Origin: a virus
Taxonomy: Duplodnaviria > Caudoviricetes
IMG/VR virus record: IMGVR_UViG_3300023179_000140
Coordinates: 1 to 54,081 of that record
Strand: one strand, 5' to 3'
DNA length: 54,081 bases
A model generated the notes under the pieces. That model saw only the letters and a program-made list of their open reading frames with translations. It had not been told where the DNA came from and ran no database searches. This document shows, one piece after another, positions 26,958 to 37,046 of this stretch (position 1 is the stretch's first letter; each line of letters begins with the position of its first letter). A program made the translations under genes and the position numbers.

Positions 26958-29107
26958 CGGATCATCGTGTATCGTGTGAAGTAATGCCGCAGGAGCGACA
27001 GGCGGAAATGCGCGTCAAGGGTGTTTGCGTTGGAAATTGTGTAGTACGCCCGCTCGGAGATGAGCCGCATCCCACGGAAGTACTCACGGCCCGGAGCCGT
27101 GGCCAGCGTGATCGGTGACAGCGTGGCCGTTTGCGCCCCGTCGAGCGTTGACGCTGTGATGTTCAGGGTTCCTGAACCGCGAACGCGAAAGTCTGCGCCG
27201 TGGTGTTGAAGCGTTCCGCCGTCGCCATCGTTGGCGAACAAGCCGCTCTGGTAAAGCGCGTCAATGGGGTTCGATCCGTCCCGGTACAGGTTGGTTTCGT
27301 TGTCCTGCTTCTGCCGGTAGATTGCGCCCGCCGCCGCCAGACCGACCCACAACTCTTGGCGTTTGTTGGTGTAGTTGTTCACCATCGTAATGGCGCTCGG
27401 GGCAAGCCCCTGGAGCGGCCACCGGGAAAACTTAATCGTATCGACCGAATCGCCCTTAGTGTAATTCCACGTCAATAACTCTGTGTTATAGGTCGGAGCA
27501 ACGCTATAAGCGACATTTGTTTGCGTGCCCGCTGATCCAGTCAACACGAGCGCCGTCCGGCTGGTGACCGACGAGATAGAGTACGAGACGCCATTAATGG
27601 TGATGGCCTGCCCAGATACCCAGGCTGTCGAAAAGTCGTCGTTGTCGTTCTGGTATCCGGCGTCAACCCACGTCACAGCGGTACCGACCGTTGACACCCG
27701 CCCGGTGGCGGTCATTGGCGCGGCAACGAACACTGTGTTGATCGTGTTGGAATCCACTACACGGAGGCAGTACGGGGCCGCCGTCCAGTTGATTTTATTC
27801 CAGATGGTCGAGTTCATGTACGACGCTGGCATATCGTCGTACGCGCCTCCCGCAAAGCGGTAGAGCCCGCTGGTGTGCGCCACCCATCCAATCCCTCGCG
27901 CCATATCGAAGCTGACGCCCTCCGGGCACATCGTGCCAATAGAGGAGTCTATGCACGTCGCCGCCGCCCATGAGGACGGGTCATCTCCAGTGTCGCCGAC
28001 CGCATACGTCCAATCGTCGCCGATAGCGTAGATCACCTTGTCTTTATAGAATCCGGTCGTAACCTGCAACTGGCCTGGAAGGTAGACAAGGTTGCGACTG
28101 GCTGAAATTTCTTGGTATTGATTAGGGTTCGAAATGAACATCCCCTGCCCGTACGCAGAATTGCGGAACACGTATGCCATGCGGTTCCCGGCGTTGAATA
28201 CGGCGCTCGGGTTGAATGGCGCGACACCGCTTGAATCCTGCGTTAAAAGGAAGAAATACTTGGTTGCGTCGGAAACTCCCGCGTCAATCACGAGGTCATC
28301 ATCGGAGATACTAATAGTCGTAGATACCGCTAAGCCGCCGCCAGCCGGGGTGCCCAGCACAGTCCCAGGAACGAAATAGTACGTCGCAGGGTCTACCGTC
28401 GTTGTCATGATGATTTGGATGGACCCAGCCCACGCTGGCCATACTGTCGTCGGTGTGACAGTTACAAGAAACTGCTTATTGGCGGATGTGGTCGTGACGG
28501 AAGTGGCTTGCAGAACGAGCGATGTGTTCGTCGGCGCTGGGCGTCCGGTGAACCCGTTCCTCGTCGTCATGATGAACCCGATCTTCCGGGTTCCTTCCGT
28601 GCAGTTGCCACCGGCACTCGGAGCACCACCCGTCAGTGTTACCTCGGTAGTCAACATGGGGCGGGCGAACAGCGAGTCCGCGCCGATGCTGTTGCCGTAC
28701 ACGTTGCCGCCGTCTACGCCAACGCCAGACGTGTTGTAGTGGGCTGCATAGAACTTGGCTCCGGCGTTAGCAAATAGCGCCCCGCGCGCTCCGGTCACCG
28801 CATACAGGTCGGTGGCAGACGGAGCGGACAGGTCGGCCAGTCGGACGCCGTACCCTTGCTTGTGCCAGATGAGATAGGACTTGCCGCTCGACGAAGCGTC
28901 GCCGAATAGCCAGTGCTTCATCGAATTGACTATATCGTTTGGGTTAAACGCCGACGCGAAGCCGTTTCTGACAAACACCGACCCAGGGATGAATGAGCAA
29001 TTGAGCGCACGAAGAGCACGCTCCGGCGGGATGTCGTCTTGGTCAATAAGACGCCATTCGCCACCGAAGTCCGATATCTCCTCTTTTGCCCACGTCGAAT
29101 CGATCAT
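26954..29107 (-). CDS. tail tubular/nozzle (stabilization)-like protein
   Basis: 717 aa, beta-propeller-like pattern; follows the adaptor-like gene in podovirus gene order. Confidence 0.65.
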   Translation of the reverse strand: MIDSTWAKEEISDFGGEWRLIDQDDIPPERALRALNCSFIPGSVFVRNGFASAFNPNDIVNSMKHWLFGDASSSGKSYLIWHKQGYGVRLADLSAPSATDLYAVTGARGALFANAGAKFYAAHYNTSGVGVDGGNVYGNSIGADSLFARPMLTTEVTLTGGAPSAGGNCTEGTRKIGFIMTTRNGFTGRPAPTNTSLVLQATSVTTTSANKQFLVTVTPTTVWPAWAGSIQIIMTTTVDPATYYFVPGTVLGTPAGGGLAVSTTISISDDDLVIDAGVSDATKYFFLLTQDSSGVAPFNPSAVFNAGNRMAYVFRNSAYGQGMFISNPNQYQEISASRNLVYLPGQLQVTTGFYKDKVIYAIGDDWTYAVGDTGDDPSSWAAATCIDSSIGTMCPEGVSFDMARGIGWVAHTSGLYRFAGGAYDDMPASYMNSTIWNKINWTAAPYCLRVVDSNTINTVFVAAPMTATGRVSTVGTAVTWVDAGYQNDNDDFSTAWVSGQAITINGVSYSISSVTSRTALVLTGSAGTQTNVAYSVAPTYNTELLTWNYTKGDSVDTIKFSRWPLQGLAPSAITMVNNYTNKRQELWVGLAAAGAIYRQKQDNETNLYRDGSNPIDALYQSGLFANDGDGGTLQHHGADFRVRGSGTLNITASTLDGAQTATLSPITLATAPGREYFRGMRLISERAYYTISNANTLDAHFRLSLLRHYFTRYTMIR

Positions 29108-30052
29108 TTAGATGTAACCGTAGTTGTCCATTTGCGGCCGGAACGGTCGCGGGCCGCGATCATACGGATCTCGATTTTGAATCTGCCGGACGGCGGTGAC
29201 AAGCAATTGCCGCAGGCTTCCACCGATCACGCCGCTCGTGTACGCTGGCCCTACGGCTTCCTCCCATAATGAGGCTGCTCGATCATTCGCGCCCTGTGCC
29301 TTGCATGCCTTTGAGCCGGCGAACTGAGACAAAAAGTCAATGCAGTCGTTGACTGCTACCGTATCCGTTCCGGTCGTTGGTACTGCCGCGCTTGACCAAT
29401 ACGGCACTCGAATCTGCTGCTCTGTCGTTGACGGCATGAACTGAAAGAAGCCGTCCTGGTACACCACAGAACTGATGCCGTCTACGGCCTGCGTTGTCGC
29501 CGGAAGAGCGCTTGCCCAAGGCAATGGACCAAACTCATTTTGGCTGGTCACAACGTTGCCGCCGCTGGTATACGTGCCAGTCGTGACAAGGCCGTTGGCA
29601 AAAAGTTGGGACGCCGAGCTTGCTGTGACCGTACACGCGACGTTCGCTCCATTTAGTCCGCCCAGTTGCTGTAATACCACCACCGCCCCAGTGGACAACC
29701 CGTGGATTCCGGTACAGGTAATGTCCAAAAAGCCAGAGGCCTGCGTAGCAGCAGCCACGCCTATCGAAGTTAACGACCCGCGCACGGATACTGGACCGGA
29801 CGGTTCTGAGAAGTCAGTGATAAGCGCCGTCGATGGGTAGAATACCGATGTATTTGCGGGAAGAGTGTAATAGAACGTGCGCGACACGCGCGGAACAGCG
29901 AGGGTGCGCATCCCGCGCCACAACTCGCGGCACGCCGCTTGGATATGCGGCAACAGCAAGGCGTTGGTGTAGATTTGGCCACCAGCCACCTCGGTGTCAC
30001 CGCACTCCGAGCGGGTTTTATCGTAGATTTCAGTGAGCGTTGGAAACGACAT
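29108..30052 (-). CDS. head-tail adaptor-like protein with a beta-barrel insert
   Basis: TLTEIYDKTRSECGD…LLPHIQAACRELW N-terminal helices typical of adaptors. Confidence 0.65.
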   Translation of the reverse strand: MSFPTLTEIYDKTRSECGDTEVAGGQIYTNALLLPHIQAACRELWRGMRTLAVPRVSRTFYYTLPANTSVFYPSTALITDFSEPSGPVSVRGSLTSIGVAAATQASGFLDITCTGIHGLSTGAVVVLQQLGGLNGANVACTVTASSASQLFANGLVTTGTYTSGGNVVTSQNEFGPLPWASALPATTQAVDGISSVVYQDGFFQFMPSTTEQQIRVPYWSSAAVPTTGTDTVAVNDCIDFLSQFAGSKACKAQGANDRAASLWEEAVGPAYTSGVIGGSLRQLLVTAVRQIQNRDPYDRGPRPFRPQMDNYGYI

Positions 30053-31028
30053 ATCCCTTTGCGGTCATCTGATCGAGCAACTGCCGGTTCTTCATGCACA
30101 GATCTGGGATCATGGCGATCAGGTACTCGTCCTTTTCCGCCTGACCCTTCTTTGCGTGCATCTCGGCCTTCTGTTCGCCGTTGAGCGCGTTTACCAACAA
30201 GACGCGAGCGTCCGGCGGAAGCGTAGTGCCGACGTTGGACCGGATGAACAGAGGTTCCGTTTCCGCCTTCGTAGTGGTGCCTTGCGTTTGCTTGGGGGCC
30301 TGCATCTTGGTGACGATGGCCGCAACCACGGGGTCGGCGTCGGGTGATAGGCCGTCCTGATATTTGATGTAGTACTCGATGAGATCGACGCCGCAGGACT
30401 TGCAACCTTTGGCTTCGTACTTGATGGACTCGCCGCACTTCAAGCACTTCTTCATCGTCTCGACGGTCTGCGCGTTGTACCACGGCAGCGCGATAGCCTG
30501 ATCGCCGAACATCCATTTGGCCAACTCCCGGTGGAACCCATCGGAGATGTACTTGGAGTCCCCGTTGCTGGCCTTGTCGCTGGCGTCACGGATCGCCCAC
30601 TCAGCCAACTGCGCGACCTGCGCTGACAGCGTACGCAGCACCGCCGCAAACTCCGGCGTCCCCTCCATCAAGTCATTCGGCATGACGTACAGCCCAAAGC
30701 TACCCACTGGCGCGATGGAGCGATTCCATTCAGCCACAAGCGACTGAGCCAGAACAGACGCCCGAATCGGGGCCGGCTGTAGCGTTGGGTCAGGGTTTGA
30801 GTCGTTCAACTCATCGAAGCCGCCGCGAATGAGTTGGTAGGTGTCGGCCACTGTGAGGATGTGGTACTTGTCACGCGGCTGCGCCGGAATGCGGAAGGTG
30901 TACTGACAATGGCCAAGCGATTGCGTCTTGGTCCTTTCCAGCGGGCAGATCGAGAGAATCCGAACCTCAGACACCATGGATGGCAGGATGCTCGGGAAAT
31001 TGGGTAAAACTTGTGTTGCTGCGCTCAT
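30030..31028 (-). CDS. hypothetical protein with a Zn ribbon
   Basis: KKCLKCGESIKYEAKGCKSCG. Confidence 0.65.
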   Translation of the reverse strand: MSAATQVLPNFPSILPSMVSEVRILSICPLERTKTQSLGHCQYTFRIPAQPRDKYHILTVADTYQLIRGGFDELNDSNPDPTLQPAPIRASVLAQSLVAEWNRSIAPVGSFGLYVMPNDLMEGTPEFAAVLRTLSAQVAQLAEWAIRDASDKASNGDSKYISDGFHRELAKWMFGDQAIALPWYNAQTVETMKKCLKCGESIKYEAKGCKSCGVDLIEYYIKYQDGLSPDADPVVAAIVTKMQAPKQTQGTTTKAETEPLFIRSNVGTTLPPDARVLLVNALNGEQKAEMHAKKGQAEKDEYLIAMIPDLCMKNRQLLDQMTAKGYVVSNAH

Positions 31029-31648
31029 ACTGATTCCTTTGTGAGAATTACTGGTTCCGCCGAAGGCGCGTTGAAAAACGATGCTGAACTTTTGCTGCCT
31101 GGAACTTCCATGCCTGCGCTAAAACGGTCGCGCACCATATCGCCGAATCGAACCGCATCTGCCCTTTCGCGCTTGTCCTGGATTTCTTCCGCCTTGTCAA
31201 AGAAGTCACGCACGGCCACTCGGTTGGCTCTGGCCCCTTGGATCATGTTCCATGTGTCGGTGCGAGTGGGGATCACTCCCGGCTTGAGTGCCGTGTGCTG
31301 CAATGGCTGCCAGATGCCGCCGACCGGATACTCGACACGCACGCCGAAGCGCTGCCGGAAGATAGATTCCTGATCGGCCGGGACAAAACGGCACAACACC
31401 CAGCTATTCGGAATCATGGGGAGCATCGGCATATCCACGTATTCCGGTGACAACTCAATGAGCCCGGTGGCCGGGTTGGCTTTATAGTGGTACTGCGGAT
31501 CAATGCCGGTTGGCGATGTCGAGGACTCCAGGATCTTTTGCACGCGAATGCGAAGCGTCGATGAGTGCTTCCACGCCCAAAGCGGCTGCGTCCCAAGTTC
31601 CGCCCGGAGTACTGCATTTTCCTGATCTACGATTTCTTGGGCGGTCAT
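31025..31648 (-). CDS. hypothetical protein downstream of the capsid gene
   Basis: ATGA coupling. Confidence 0.65.
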   Translation of the reverse strand: MTAQEIVDQENAVLRAELGTQPLWAWKHSSTLRIRVQKILESSTSPTGIDPQYHYKANPATGLIELSPEYVDMPMLPMIPNSWVLCRFVPADQESIFRQRFGVRVEYPVGGIWQPLQHTALKPGVIPTRTDTWNMIQGARANRVAVRDFFDKAEEIQDKRERADAVRFGDMVRDRFSAGMEVPGSKSSASFFNAPSAEPVILTKESV

Positions 31649-31681
31649 TCTTTCTCTGCCTTCATGTCAACTCCTGGTAGG

Positions 31682-31707
31682 GTGCGGGGACCCAAAGGCC
31701 CCCGCAC
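31682..31707 (-). terminator. GC-rich hairpin just after the capsid gene (stabiliser or attenuator; no U tract)
   Basis: GTGCGGGGGCC-TTTG-GGTCCCCGCAC. Confidence 0.55.
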
Positions 31708-31712
31708 TATTG

Positions 31713-33053
31713 TTAGTAGCTGGACGGAACAGCGAGGCCGGAGATAAAGAATCCGGCACCGGGGTCCATACAGCCGGTGTCCATCTTCTGAACGATCTTC
31801 ATTTCGTACGCCGCAACAACGTTGCCGGTCGTCGCAGAGTTGACCGCCTTCATCTTCTGGCCGTCGCCGTAGTCAAACCATTCGGACGGGTGACCTTCGA
31901 CGCGGAACCAGTTCTTCGCGTTGAACGAATCCACGCGGGCCTTGTCTTGGCGCTTATCCACGATGAACGACACGCCGGCCGCCTGGAACTCGTTATCGGC
32001 CTTCGGCTGAAGGTCGATCATGTTGGCGCTGGTCGAGTTGCGCTGGAACACGGAGACGGCGGTAACCGTATCCTGCAACTGCGCACGCTGGGCCATGTGA
32101 ACCACGCACTGCATTCCATCCATAATCGACTGGTCGCGTTTCTGGATGGCCAGGTTCTTCGCGAGTTCGATGGTGGAGAAGGTCAGCGCGGCGCTGGCCG
32201 CCGGAATCTGCACCGGCAGCAGTTCGCTGTAGGTGGACTTCAGCTTCCCGAGGTAGTAATTGGCGGTCGTGGCGTCGTTGACATAGCCAAGGCCATGCCG
32301 CCACGAGTCGCCGGTCAGACCGGGGGCGTTGGAAGTGCCGCCACCGGGCCAAGTGGAACTGAACGTGGTCAACGCAGCGGGGCCATAGGCGTCCACATTG
32401 TAGACCGCCAGCAAGTCGCCGGATACCATGGCGGTGGGAGCGACGCTGAAGGTGACGATCTTGGAGTTCCAGTCGATGTTGCTGATGTAGTACGGGCCGT
32501 TTGCGCGTTTGGTCGCGCCGGTCGAATCCCACACATCAACGGCAGCGCCGAGCCACAGGCGGTTCACACCGAGGGTGTCGGTGGTGCCTGCAAAGGTGAG
32601 TTGCGTGGTGGACGGGCTGGCACTGGACGAGTTCGTCAGTTTGCCGGTGCCGTCGCCGAACAGGAAGGTGTTGTCGTACACTTCCAGTTGCGTGAAGGCG
32701 TTAGTGAGGATTTCCTGAAGCACGTCGGCCATGGCGCTGCCGTTGGACTTCATGTAGTCCTTCTGTTCCTTGGTGATCTCGAAGTTGAAAACACTGTCGA
32801 AATAACCAGCGGTCAGAGAGTTGAAGTTCGGCCCGGTGCCGGACCCCATGTCGCCACGGTTGGCGGAGTACTTCTGGAACGTGCCGCCCACCCAACGCAT
32901 GAAGGGGATGCGGTAGAGGTAGCGGGAGGCCGCTACGGTTTTGCTGATTTTCAGCTTGGAGGCAAGGCTCGTGGACAGGTCATAGTAACGGGCAAGAATG
33001 TCCGAAACCTGTTCAAGCTGGATATTGTAGGAATCTGCAATGGAAGCAGGCAT
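31713..33053 (-). CDS. major capsid protein (HK97 fold inferred)
   Basis: 446 aa after portal and scaffold; AGGAG RBS; downstream hairpin; LFGDGTG motif. Confidence 0.75.
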   Translation of the reverse strand: MPASIADSYNIQLEQVSDILARYYDLSTSLASKLKISKTVAASRYLYRIPFMRWVGGTFQKYSANRGDMGSGTGPNFNSLTAGYFDSVFNFEITKEQKDYMKSNGSAMADVLQEILTNAFTQLEVYDNTFLFGDGTGKLTNSSSASPSTTQLTFAGTTDTLGVNRLWLGAAVDVWDSTGATKRANGPYYISNIDWNSKIVTFSVAPTAMVSGDLLAVYNVDAYGPAALTTFSSTWPGGGTSNAPGLTGDSWRHGLGYVNDATTANYYLGKLKSTYSELLPVQIPAASAALTFSTIELAKNLAIQKRDQSIMDGMQCVVHMAQRAQLQDTVTAVSVFQRNSTSANMIDLQPKADNEFQAAGVSFIVDKRQDKARVDSFNAKNWFRVEGHPSEWFDYGDGQKMKAVNSATTGNVVAAYEMKIVQKMDTGCMDPGAGFFISGLAVPSSY

Positions 33054-33077
33054 TTAGTTCTCCTGGATGCGTCCAGG

Positions 33078-34478
33078 CTATCCTCGAAGTGCTTGGAACC
33101 TTTCAGCCAGAATCCGCCGTGTCGCGTCTGCCGATGACTCACCGGGGTTGACTGCGATGGACTGAAAGCTGGTCGATTGGCCGGGGGCAGTTCCGGGGCC
33201 TGGAGCGGTTTTCGTACTGGCCTGTTGCATTACGGCGCGAGCTTGATCTGCTGATTGCATCACAGTCGCGCCAGCCGCTTTCAAATAGTTCTGGCGAACC
33301 GCCGGAAGCGAGTCCGCGTACCCTTGTCGCCACAAACGAATCACCCGATCCATCTGGGATGTATCCCCTCTGGCGGTCATTGCGTTGATGTGGTTATTGA
33401 TCTCGTTCCGGATAGCCAAGTTGCTCATTGCAATCTCCCGCATCTCGCCAACCATCTGCTTGCGGAGGGCATCGAAGATGATCGGCTGATTGGCGTATGC
33501 TGCCTTCAGCGGCTTGAGCGCGGCATCGGCGTCCCGTTCGAGAGCCGTATCGAAGTTGCGAATGACCGTTGACCGGACTGATTCCTGTGCTTGCTGTTGA
33601 CCACGGCCTTCCAACTCGGCTATGCGCTGCCGGAGCGCGGCCACCTCATCGTTTGGCTTGGCGGCCGGCGCGGCTTGCGGCTGCGCCTGGAGCGGCGCTC
33701 CGGTGACTTTGGCGAGGATGTTAGCGGCGTCTACGAGACGCGCTTTATCATCGTCAGAGTAACCGGCGCTTTGCGCCATCTGGGTAAGCGTGCTGACGAC
33801 ATTGGTGCCGTAATGAGTACCGATCTTCTGGTACGCTTCCGGGTTTGACTGCGCCAGCAGCACGGGAAAGTTTTCGGCGAACTGGTCCGCCCCACGCATC
33901 GTGGCCCCGCTTGCGTCCTTACCGACCCAGAAGTCAACGAAGTTCTTCATCGCATCCGGAGTGCCGGTGCTGAAGTCCCGTATCATCTGGTCCATGGTCG
34001 CGTGCGCTTGGTGCCACTCTCGCACTTGGTCCGCGTCGGGCCGGAATCCAATACCGCCCTCCTCGGGAGGAGCGGCTAGTTTTGAGAGTTGTGTGTGGTT
34101 CTCATAGATCCTCTGAAAACGAGGGTTGGTCTTGAGAAGCTGCTGAAACTCGACTTCCGCCTCGCGGCGGGTCATCGGCGCTTCAAGAGCGGGGGCGGCT
34201 GGGTCTGCGGCAGGTTCCTCGTTCAGAGGGTTCTTGCTGAGATCCAGCTCAAAGTCATCTTCAGCTTGGATCGGAAGATCCGTCTGTGGCTGAGCACCCG
34301 GTTCAAGAGACCCCGCAGGAGCCTCTGGCGGCGGTGCTGTTACGGCCGGTTCGGGAGCGGCAACGGGCGCTTGCTGCTGCAACACAGCAAGTGGCACCGG
34401 TGCCTGGTTTAGCGATGCGGCTATCGCCTCTCGAAGTCCGCCGACGTTAATTTGAATGCCTTCCGGATTGGCTGACAT
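33078..34478 (-). CDS. capsid scaffolding-like protein
   Basis: P/A/E-rich disordered N-terminus then helical; between portal and capsid; AAGGAG RBS. Confidence 0.65.
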   Translation of the reverse strand: MSANPEGIQINVGGLREAIAASLNQAPVPLAVLQQQAPVAAPEPAVTAPPPEAPAGSLEPGAQPQTDLPIQAEDDFELDLSKNPLNEEPAADPAAPALEAPMTRREAEVEFQQLLKTNPRFQRIYENHTQLSKLAAPPEEGGIGFRPDADQVREWHQAHATMDQMIRDFSTGTPDAMKNFVDFWVGKDASGATMRGADQFAENFPVLLAQSNPEAYQKIGTHYGTNVVSTLTQMAQSAGYSDDDKARLVDAANILAKVTGAPLQAQPQAAPAAKPNDEVAALRQRIAELEGRGQQQAQESVRSTVIRNFDTALERDADAALKPLKAAYANQPIIFDALRKQMVGEMREIAMSNLAIRNEINNHINAMTARGDTSQMDRVIRLWRQGYADSLPAVRQNYLKAAGATVMQSADQARAVMQQASTKTAPGPGTAPGQSTSFQSIAVNPGESSADATRRILAERFQALRG

Positions 34479-34486
34479 TGTTCTCC

Positions 34487-36712
34487 TTACGCCCCTTCCA
34501 GGGCTGCGCCCACAAGTTCCTCTGGAACAAGCGGTGTAGTTGGCTCAAAGCCGCTCGGCGGCATCGAACCGATATCGGTTTGCGATGGCATTGGCGGTCC
34601 ACCAGGAGCGGATGGATCGCCGCCTTGCATTGGATCTCCAGGCATGGGAGGTGGCGCGGCCATGGCCGCATGCTCTTTCCCCCACAGAATCACGTTCATG
34701 TACCCTTCCGGATTCTCGGCCTTCGCCGCGCGTCCGGCGTCGTCTATGGCCCATTCCTTGACGATCTGGACCACAAGCGCGTGATCGTCCACAAAGTCGT
34801 CTGCTGGCTGCGACGCCATCAACTGCGGTTGCCCGGTCATCGGGTCGAACTGCTGCGTCGGTTTCTCTCGCAGGAGCATATTGATGTCGAAGAGCGTCTT
34901 GTCGCGCTGCTTCTCGCCAGGTAGGATGTAGTCGCTGTTACCAATGGACTTCAGGAACGCCATCACGTTGCGCGGGTCCTGCATGCCGATCATGTTCCAG
35001 AACTCGGGACCTTTATCCATGATCTGGAAGGATTGCGCCCGGATTTGGCCCCATGTCATCGGAATAGCTTCCTCGCACTCCACTTTCCATCGGCCATTTA
35101 GAACAGCGCGGAGTCGGGGAATTTCCACTTCCTTCACGGGGTTTGACCGCTCGCCGCCGAAGTAGGCTTTCGACAAGCCGTATTTTGCGATCTGGCGTAT
35201 CCCGTTAGTGAATACGCCAGCCCAGAAACGCCGCATGAAGTTCCAAGTTACGTTATGGGGCAGAAGCGCCATGTTTCGGTTGATCTCGGCTTCGCCTAGC
35301 GTTTGCTGTTTCGTCTCGCTGCCGGAAAGCGCCGGGGTGATTCCGGAGTTTTCCCGCATTGCGTTTTTCGAGTACTCCAAGAGCGTCACCGCTGATTGCG
35401 GGATCTCGATTGGTTCTGATGTGTGAATACCCTTGCGGATGTCACCACCCTGCCCCGGCATCACCGGCAGGTAGTCCACCGGATTGGAAGCGTGGAGGCT
35501 GATGGCTCCTGGGTCGATAACCTGCGGATCGTAAAACGTGATCGGGTTGCCCTTCTCGGCAACTTCCTGGAACACGTTGTACATATCGTCGATGCCGCGA
35601 TTCAACCTCGCCGTCTCGTCGCCGAGGGCCGGCTCATCAAGGGACTGGCCAACTTCCGCCGGACACTCGAACCAGACATCGTGCATGTTCTCCGATTCGA
35701 TCCGGATCACATACCCGTTGACCATAACGACCTTTGCGCCGCCAGCATGCTCGGAACGCAGAACGGCCGCAAGCTGCTTGCCTTGCTCATCCTGCATCTC
35801 CAGCATGTCGTACATCTGCGGCTGCAACCAGATGAGCGATTCCGTCCAGTAGTTCGTGGACAGGGGCCGGTTGTACGCCGCTGCCGACGCCGCCTGATCG
35901 CGGGCGGTCTTGCCGTAGTTGTCGAAGCCTTGCGATGATCCGCCGATTTTGGCGTAAATCTCCGGGTTCTTTGCTTCCGGGTAGCGGGAGAGGATTGTGG
36001 ACTTGTGCAGTTCCCGCTCGAAGATCAGCCACGGCGCGTCGATTAACGACTTGATGCGAGTTGGCTTGATGATCTCGTAGTCCGTCGCAAGGATCAGCGA
36101 TACGCTGCCATTGGCAAAAGAGTCGTAGCCGTCAAGTACCGGAACGTCCTCAAAATACCCCGGCTCCACCTCGACCGATTCCATCCGGTATTTAGGAATC
36201 TCGGTGTACCCGAACCGCCGCCCGTCCGCCCCGAATGGCGTATACCCGTACACCGGGCCGCAGGTCCACAAGTAGAAGACCAGATAGCTATTCAGGACCT
36301 CAACGTCCCAATGCCACCGCAACTCCGCCAGAATCTTATTTGCGTCTTCAGCCTCGGTCACCTGATCGTCGTCGCGCTGATTGATTGCCGATGCCGTTGC
36401 GTTTGGGGTACGTCCGAGCACGCCAATCAACTTCTTGGCGTCGCCCTTGTAGTAGTTGAGCGAGTTGTTGTACGCACGCCGTCCCGTCTCTGAAGTGTTC
36501 AGCGGCCCGCCGGTGTTATTGCCGACTGGACCCCACTCCACGCGGTTCGTGACTCCCAGAAGCGGCGCGATGTAATGAAAGCCCTGCCACATGAAGTTGT
36601 TCCGGATCAACCGGCGCAACGTCACCTGGCGGTTCGTCGTGACATCGGCGTAGCAGGCCGACCGGACGAAGCCGCTCAGTTGTGTGCGGGTTTCATTAGT
36701 GAGTGGTGTCAA
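34487..36712 (-). CDS. portal protein (P22-like size)
   Basis: 741 aa; MRENSGITPALSG…TLGE motif; P/G/M-rich tail; downstream of TerL. Confidence 0.8.
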   Translation of the reverse strand: MTPLTNETRTQLSGFVRSACYADVTTNRQVTLRRLIRNNFMWQGFHYIAPLLGVTNRVEWGPVGNNTGGPLNTSETGRRAYNNSLNYYKGDAKKLIGVLGRTPNATASAINQRDDDQVTEAEDANKILAELRWHWDVEVLNSYLVFYLWTCGPVYGYTPFGADGRRFGYTEIPKYRMESVEVEPGYFEDVPVLDGYDSFANGSVSLILATDYEIIKPTRIKSLIDAPWLIFERELHKSTILSRYPEAKNPEIYAKIGGSSQGFDNYGKTARDQAASAAAYNRPLSTNYWTESLIWLQPQMYDMLEMQDEQGKQLAAVLRSEHAGGAKVVMVNGYVIRIESENMHDVWFECPAEVGQSLDEPALGDETARLNRGIDDMYNVFQEVAEKGNPITFYDPQVIDPGAISLHASNPVDYLPVMPGQGGDIRKGIHTSEPIEIPQSAVTLLEYSKNAMRENSGITPALSGSETKQQTLGEAEINRNMALLPHNVTWNFMRRFWAGVFTNGIRQIAKYGLSKAYFGGERSNPVKEVEIPRLRAVLNGRWKVECEEAIPMTWGQIRAQSFQIMDKGPEFWNMIGMQDPRNVMAFLKSIGNSDYILPGEKQRDKTLFDINMLLREKPTQQFDPMTGQPQLMASQPADDFVDDHALVVQIVKEWAIDDAGRAAKAENPEGYMNVILWGKEHAAMAAPPPMPGDPMQGGDPSAPGGPPMPSQTDIGSMPPSGFEPTTPLVPEELVGAALEGA

Positions 36713-37046
36713 TTTTCAAATCTCTCTCAAGCTCAGCCATGACATCCATCATTTGCTTGTGCTCCAGCATCGCGCCATGCTGAATCGGACGGCGGGACGG
36801 CTCCGGAGCCTTCGGCTTCTCATAGACATTGCTGTTGATCGGCGGCTTGCCCATCAACGCCGCCATCCAGTCCTCGACCTTGTTGCACTTCTCAACCAAC
36901 AACGCGACCGCGCGGCTTTCCGCCTCACGCGCAGCGGTCATCTGGGCGTACATCGACCGGCTGTCGTCTTCAGCCTTGATGCGCCCAGCTACAGCATGCT
37001 CCAACTCCCGCTCCAGTTCACGGATGCGGGAGTAGGGATTAATCAC
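36696..37046 (-). CDS. coiled-coil hypothetical protein
   Basis: Overlap coupling; between TerL and portal. Confidence 0.6.
   Translation of the reverse strand: MINPYSRIRELERELEHAVAGRIKAEDDSRSMYAQMTAAREAESRAVALLVEKCNKVEDWMAALMGKPPINSNVYEKPKAPEPSRRPIQHGAMLEHKQMMDVMAELERDLKIDTTH

Noticed and set aside
31710-33137. 475-aa + strand ORF
   Set aside because: Antisense shadow of the capsid gene; no RBS or recognisable motif
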